Positions 60,499 through 64,000 of a stretch of 64,000 nt of DNA are shown in pieces. Made by a program: the position numbers and the translations under genes. The DNA is from Zygnema circumcarinatum SAG 698-1b (taxonomy: Eukaryota > Plantae > Zygnematophyceae), in NCBI GenBank assembly GCA_037447605.1, contig CM074805.1:4621361-4685360 (forward strand), written 5' to 3'. Numbering within the stretch: the first letter of the stretch is position 1; each line of letters starts with the position of its first letter. A model generated the notes under the pieces. It was not told the DNA's origin and searched no databases. It worked only from the letters and a program-made list of their open reading frames with translations.

Positions 60499-62620
60499 CT
60501 TCCTCCTCTTCCTCCTCCTTCCTCTCCTTCACACCTTTCTTCCCTTTGGTGCTCTCACTATACCGAGATGCCCCAAGAGGGTCCACTTCAAACACTCCGA
60601 CCAGCTCCTCATACACCGAGTCACTTGTGACACTTGTCTCCTCCCCCGGTGTGAACGAAGCTGTTAAAAATTAAGACGTATCATTGTTCCCAAAATCGTA
60701 AAATTTATGATCCATGCACTCGCCCACCTCGTTCTCAGGCTCCCACTCGCCTTGAGGGCCCTGCATCCCCTCGTCGCCCTTCCTCCCTCCCTCCCTCTCT
60801 TCCCCCCTTCCTCCCACCATTGCTGCTATTTGCTCCTGAAAAAGCTCTGTCGCTAGATCACGTCCCCACTGTATCCTATATCCATCTGCGCCTTTTTTCC
60901 TGCTGCATCCACTCACATCCTGACTAGCAAAGCCCCTTTGTGTAGGAATATCTGCATGATTTCCAGAATTATCCCGCCTTTCTTCAGAGTCTTCAACGAT
61001 TTGCATCGCTTTGGCTTTACCACCTTTAGAAATCTCACGACTCAAGAGTTCTTGTCCTTCTGCGAAATTTCCTCCTTGAATTTCGCCCATTTCAAAGCTC
61101 TCTCCTTCACGTAGTTCCCGTTGACAGCTCTCATTTCCTTTCCCTACCCCTTCCTTCTCCCCCTTCCCGTCCCCCTCAATATCTCCAATTCCCTCTCCCG
61201 CCCACCCCCCCTCCACTACTATACGTCTTTCGCGAATCTCCTGCAATGATTTCTCTAAATCATTCTCTATCTTCCTATCCAAAGGATTGTTCTCCAAATC
61301 AAAACTAGAAGCTGGTATTTGCTGCTGCACAGCTTGACCTAAAACACCCTCTGGAACGTCAATCACCTTATACTTCCTTGGCCTTCCTCTCTTCGCTCTC
61401 TCCTTTCCTGGTGACTGCGCTACTTGCACCGTTACCACCCCCTCTCCTCTCTTCCTGTCATTATCTGCAGCCATGATTTCAATTGCTTTGATTTTCGCTA
61501 CCTCTCCCTTTCCCTCTCCTTCCCACTCCCCCTCCACATCGTGACGACTTTCTCGAATCTCCTCCAATGATTTTTCTGAATTATTCTCTACTTTCCTACC
61601 CAAAGCGTTCTCCTCCACATCGGAATTAGAAGCTGGCATTTGCTGCTGCATATCTTGACCTAACGCATCCTTTGGAACGTCAATCACCTTCGTCTTCCTT
61701 GGTCTCCCTCTCTTCCCTCTCTCCTTTCCTGGTAATTGCGCTGCTTGCACCGTACCCTCCCCATCTCCTCCTTTCCTGTCATTATCTGCAGCCACGAGTT
61801 CAATTGCTTTGATCATCACTCCCTCTCCATTCCACTCCCCCTCCACTTCGTAACGACTTTCTCGAATCTCCTCCAACGATTTTTCTAAATTATTCTCTAC
61901 TTTCCTACCCAAAGCGTTTTTCTCCACATCAGAATTAGAAGCTGGCATTTGCTGCTGCATAGCTTGACCTAACACATCCTTTGGAACGTCAATCACCTTC
62001 GTCGTCCTTGGTCTCCCTCTCTTCCCTCTCCCCTTTCCTGGTAATTGCGCTGCTTGCAGCGCACCCTCCCCCTCTCCTCCTTCCCTGTCAATATCTGCAG
62101 CCACGAGTTCAATTTCTTTGGTCTTCGCTCTGATCCTCCGTTGCAGTTTTAAGCCTCTCGCATCCTCCGCACCTCCGAATCCACCTCCCTCTCTTTCCTT
62201 CTTGTCATCTTCTGCATTCCATATCTCAATGCTTATAATCTTCCTGGTTCCCCTTCCGATTACCTTCTTCCTCCCCCTTCCATCTTCCTTCCCCACCTCT
62301 CCTTCCTTTCCCTCCTTTCCCTCCTTGACCTCCTCACTCCCCTTCGCCCGCCCCGAGTCAGGGCCCTTCCGACTACCTAACGCGGCGAAAATCGCCCCTC
62401 CTCTTCCACTCTCCTCCCATCCCCTCCCACCTCCCCAGACCCTCCTGCAAGAGAGAGAGAGAGCGCAGGCGGGAGAGAGAACGAGAGATCGCGAGAGAGA
62501 GAGGCGGAGAGATGCAGAGGGAGAAGAAAAGAGGCGGAGACAGTGGACAGGAGAAGGAGGCGGCAGCCATGGCGGACGGAAGCTCCTTCCAAGGCGCAGC
62601 AGCTGTTCGCCCTCCGCCAT
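60499..62620 (-). CDS. Uncharacterised AT-hook tandem-repeat protein, copy with intact 5' end
   Basis: ATG 62620; exon 1 to 60728 (GAG|GTGGGC donor), exon 2 from 60660 into the gap. Three ~103-107-aa repeats each carry a KRGRPR AT-hook. Arg/Ser/Leu/Pro-rich N-terminus. Confidence 0.75.
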
Positions 62621-63146
62621 GTCTGAAAGCCTCTCTGCTCAAATCTCCAATCATGGAGGCTCGTCCAAAACCCAAGGGCCTCCATGTTCCATGTGAGACA
62701 TTCGTTTTAACAGATTTCTAAAATTCCTTGTCGCTGTCACAGTTACTTTCATTCCTTCCGGGAACTGCACTACGCTCATAGTGTGTCCATGCTTTCACAG
62801 TAATGAATTTTGACCGTTGGACTTGCTCTGAGCCGTTGGATGCTCACCGTTAAATTCGGTAAGCCGTTGCGGCCTTGCCCGTTGGTAGCGGAATGTACGG
62901 TTTGTCGTATAGAGTACTGTACTGTACAGTAAGTGCCATCACCGTACTGTATGAGAAAACGACAAAAAAATACGGTTCTGTACGGATTGAAGTTTCCAAG
63001 CGCCCTCGCCATGGCTGAAGGAGAGGATTAGGGCTAAGGGCAGCAGTTTTAGGGTTAACGGGGGGGGGGGGGGGGGGGGGGGGGGGGNNNNNNNNNNGGT
63101 TAGGGTTAGGGTTGTGGGGGGGGGGGGAAGAGGGGGGCTGGCAGCC

Positions 63147-63796
63147 ATGGTGGACGTTCTTGAAGCTTGCAGCGACGGAGAGTGGTCGAAGGCCATCCGT
63201 CTCCTGCAGGCCGCCATGGCGGTGGAGGGCGAGAGCCCCGCGCTTCTCTGGTGAGTGTACCGTACTTGCGCTTTACTCTCGGAGGGCTCTCCTTGTGCGC
63301 ATTTCCCTCTCTCTCCCTCCCCCCTCTCGCTCTCCTCCTCTCTCTCTCTCTCTCTTCCTCTCTCTCCTCTCTCTCTCTTCCTCTCTCTCTTCCTCTCTCT
63401 CCTCTCTTTCCCTCTCCCTGCCTTTCCCTCTTTTTCCCTTTCCTTATATTATGTGTCCCTCCCTCTCTCCATCTATGCCTCTCTCTTTCTCTCTCTCTCT
63501 CTCTCTCGTTCTCTTGTCTTATGCCCACCCCCAACCTTGCCCTCTCCTCTCTTATCATTACCGTAACTTATTCTCTTCCTCCCCTCTCTCCGTCTATACC
63601 ACTCTCTCCCTCTCCTGTTCTCATTTCTGATGCCCTCTCGTGTTCTCTCTCTCCCTCTCTCTCACTTCCTCTGCGATTTCGAGCAGCAACAGAGCGTTCT
63701 GCTATAGCCGCTTGGAGCTGCACAAGCACGCTCTGAAGGACGCGGAGAGGGCCCTCGCGCTCGACTCTTCACACGCCATCGCTTACCTACGGAAAG
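63147..63796 (+). CDS. SRFR1: SRFR1-like TPR protein, first two exons (continues past the window)
   Basis: Exons 63147-63250 and 63687-63796 give ...WSKAIRLL...CNRAFCYSRLELHKHALKDAERALALD...AYLRKG, matching the remembered SRFR1 N-terminus (WSKAIRVL...CNRAFCYNQLELHKHVIKDC). Confidence 0.88.
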
Positions 63797-64000
63797 GTCC
63801 GTCTCGAGAATTTTAGGGTTCGGGGATCCCAGAACTTCGGGTTGCAGGCTTCAAGGATTTTAGGGTTGACAAGGTTTTTAGTGTTCTTAAATTTTTTTGT
63901 TTGGTTTTTTCAGAATTTTCAGGCACTTAATAATCTTCAAGATTTAGACCCTATGAGTACTGATGTCAGGTTTCTTTTGTTTTTTAATTCTTAACTTCTG

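Larger units (their letters stand above)
16..63097. other. Eight 10-N assembly gaps
   Basis: N runs at 16-25, 45103-45112, 45888-45897, 47598-47607, 57313-57322, 58475-58484, 60489-60498 and 63088-63097. Confidence 0.99.

Noticed and set aside
58485-62488. Two adjacent near-identical AT-hook genes as a true recent tandem pair
   Set aside because: Both are bounded by 10-N gaps and differ by about one base; uncollapsed assembly overlap or allelic redundancy is at least as likely.
63098-63115. TTAGGG repeats as a telomere or interstitial telomeric array
   Set aside because: Only about two units; single TTAGGG/AAACCCT telo-box-like motifs are common near gene starts in this window.

Overview
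Gene-dense, intron-rich eukaryotic nuclear DNA from a green plant. Compact genes and plant-type proteins suggest a streptophyte alga or early-diverging land plant (inference). Genes were assembled by hand-splicing exons. In order: prolyl 4-hydroxylase (-), ABCE1/RLI (+), an orphan intronless ORF with a TATA/ABRE-type promoter (-), a cluster of three MITE/foldback elements (13.8-15.2 kb), a plastid-type SuhB-like inositol monophosphatase (-), eIF4A-III (+), a vasculin/GPBP1-like protein (-) whose promoter is bracketed by a ~300-bp inverted duplication, a UBA-domain protein (-) with a 44-codon candidate uORF, peroxiredoxin Q (+), cytosolic Asp-tRNA synthetase (+), a small G-patch gene present as one intact partial copy and two broken copies (-), NEMP/PNET2 (+), an unrecognised AT-hook tandem-repeat protein with a transit-peptide-like N-terminus in several copies (-; one copy has an atypical tRNA-like gene in an intron), and the 5' end of SRFR1 (+). 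The 44-62.5 kb region holds a partly collapsed segmental duplication broken by 10-N gaps, so copy numbers there are unreliable. Family assignments come from remembered motifs, not database searches. Best candidates for something new: the putative organellar AT-hook repeat protein, the intronic tRNA-like gene, the orphan ABRE/TATA gene, the inverted duplication, the CACAG-ended foldback element with a 43-bp array, a palindromic double-G-box element shared by two bidirectional promoters, and the unusual splice signals (purine-rich acceptors, three GC-AG introns).
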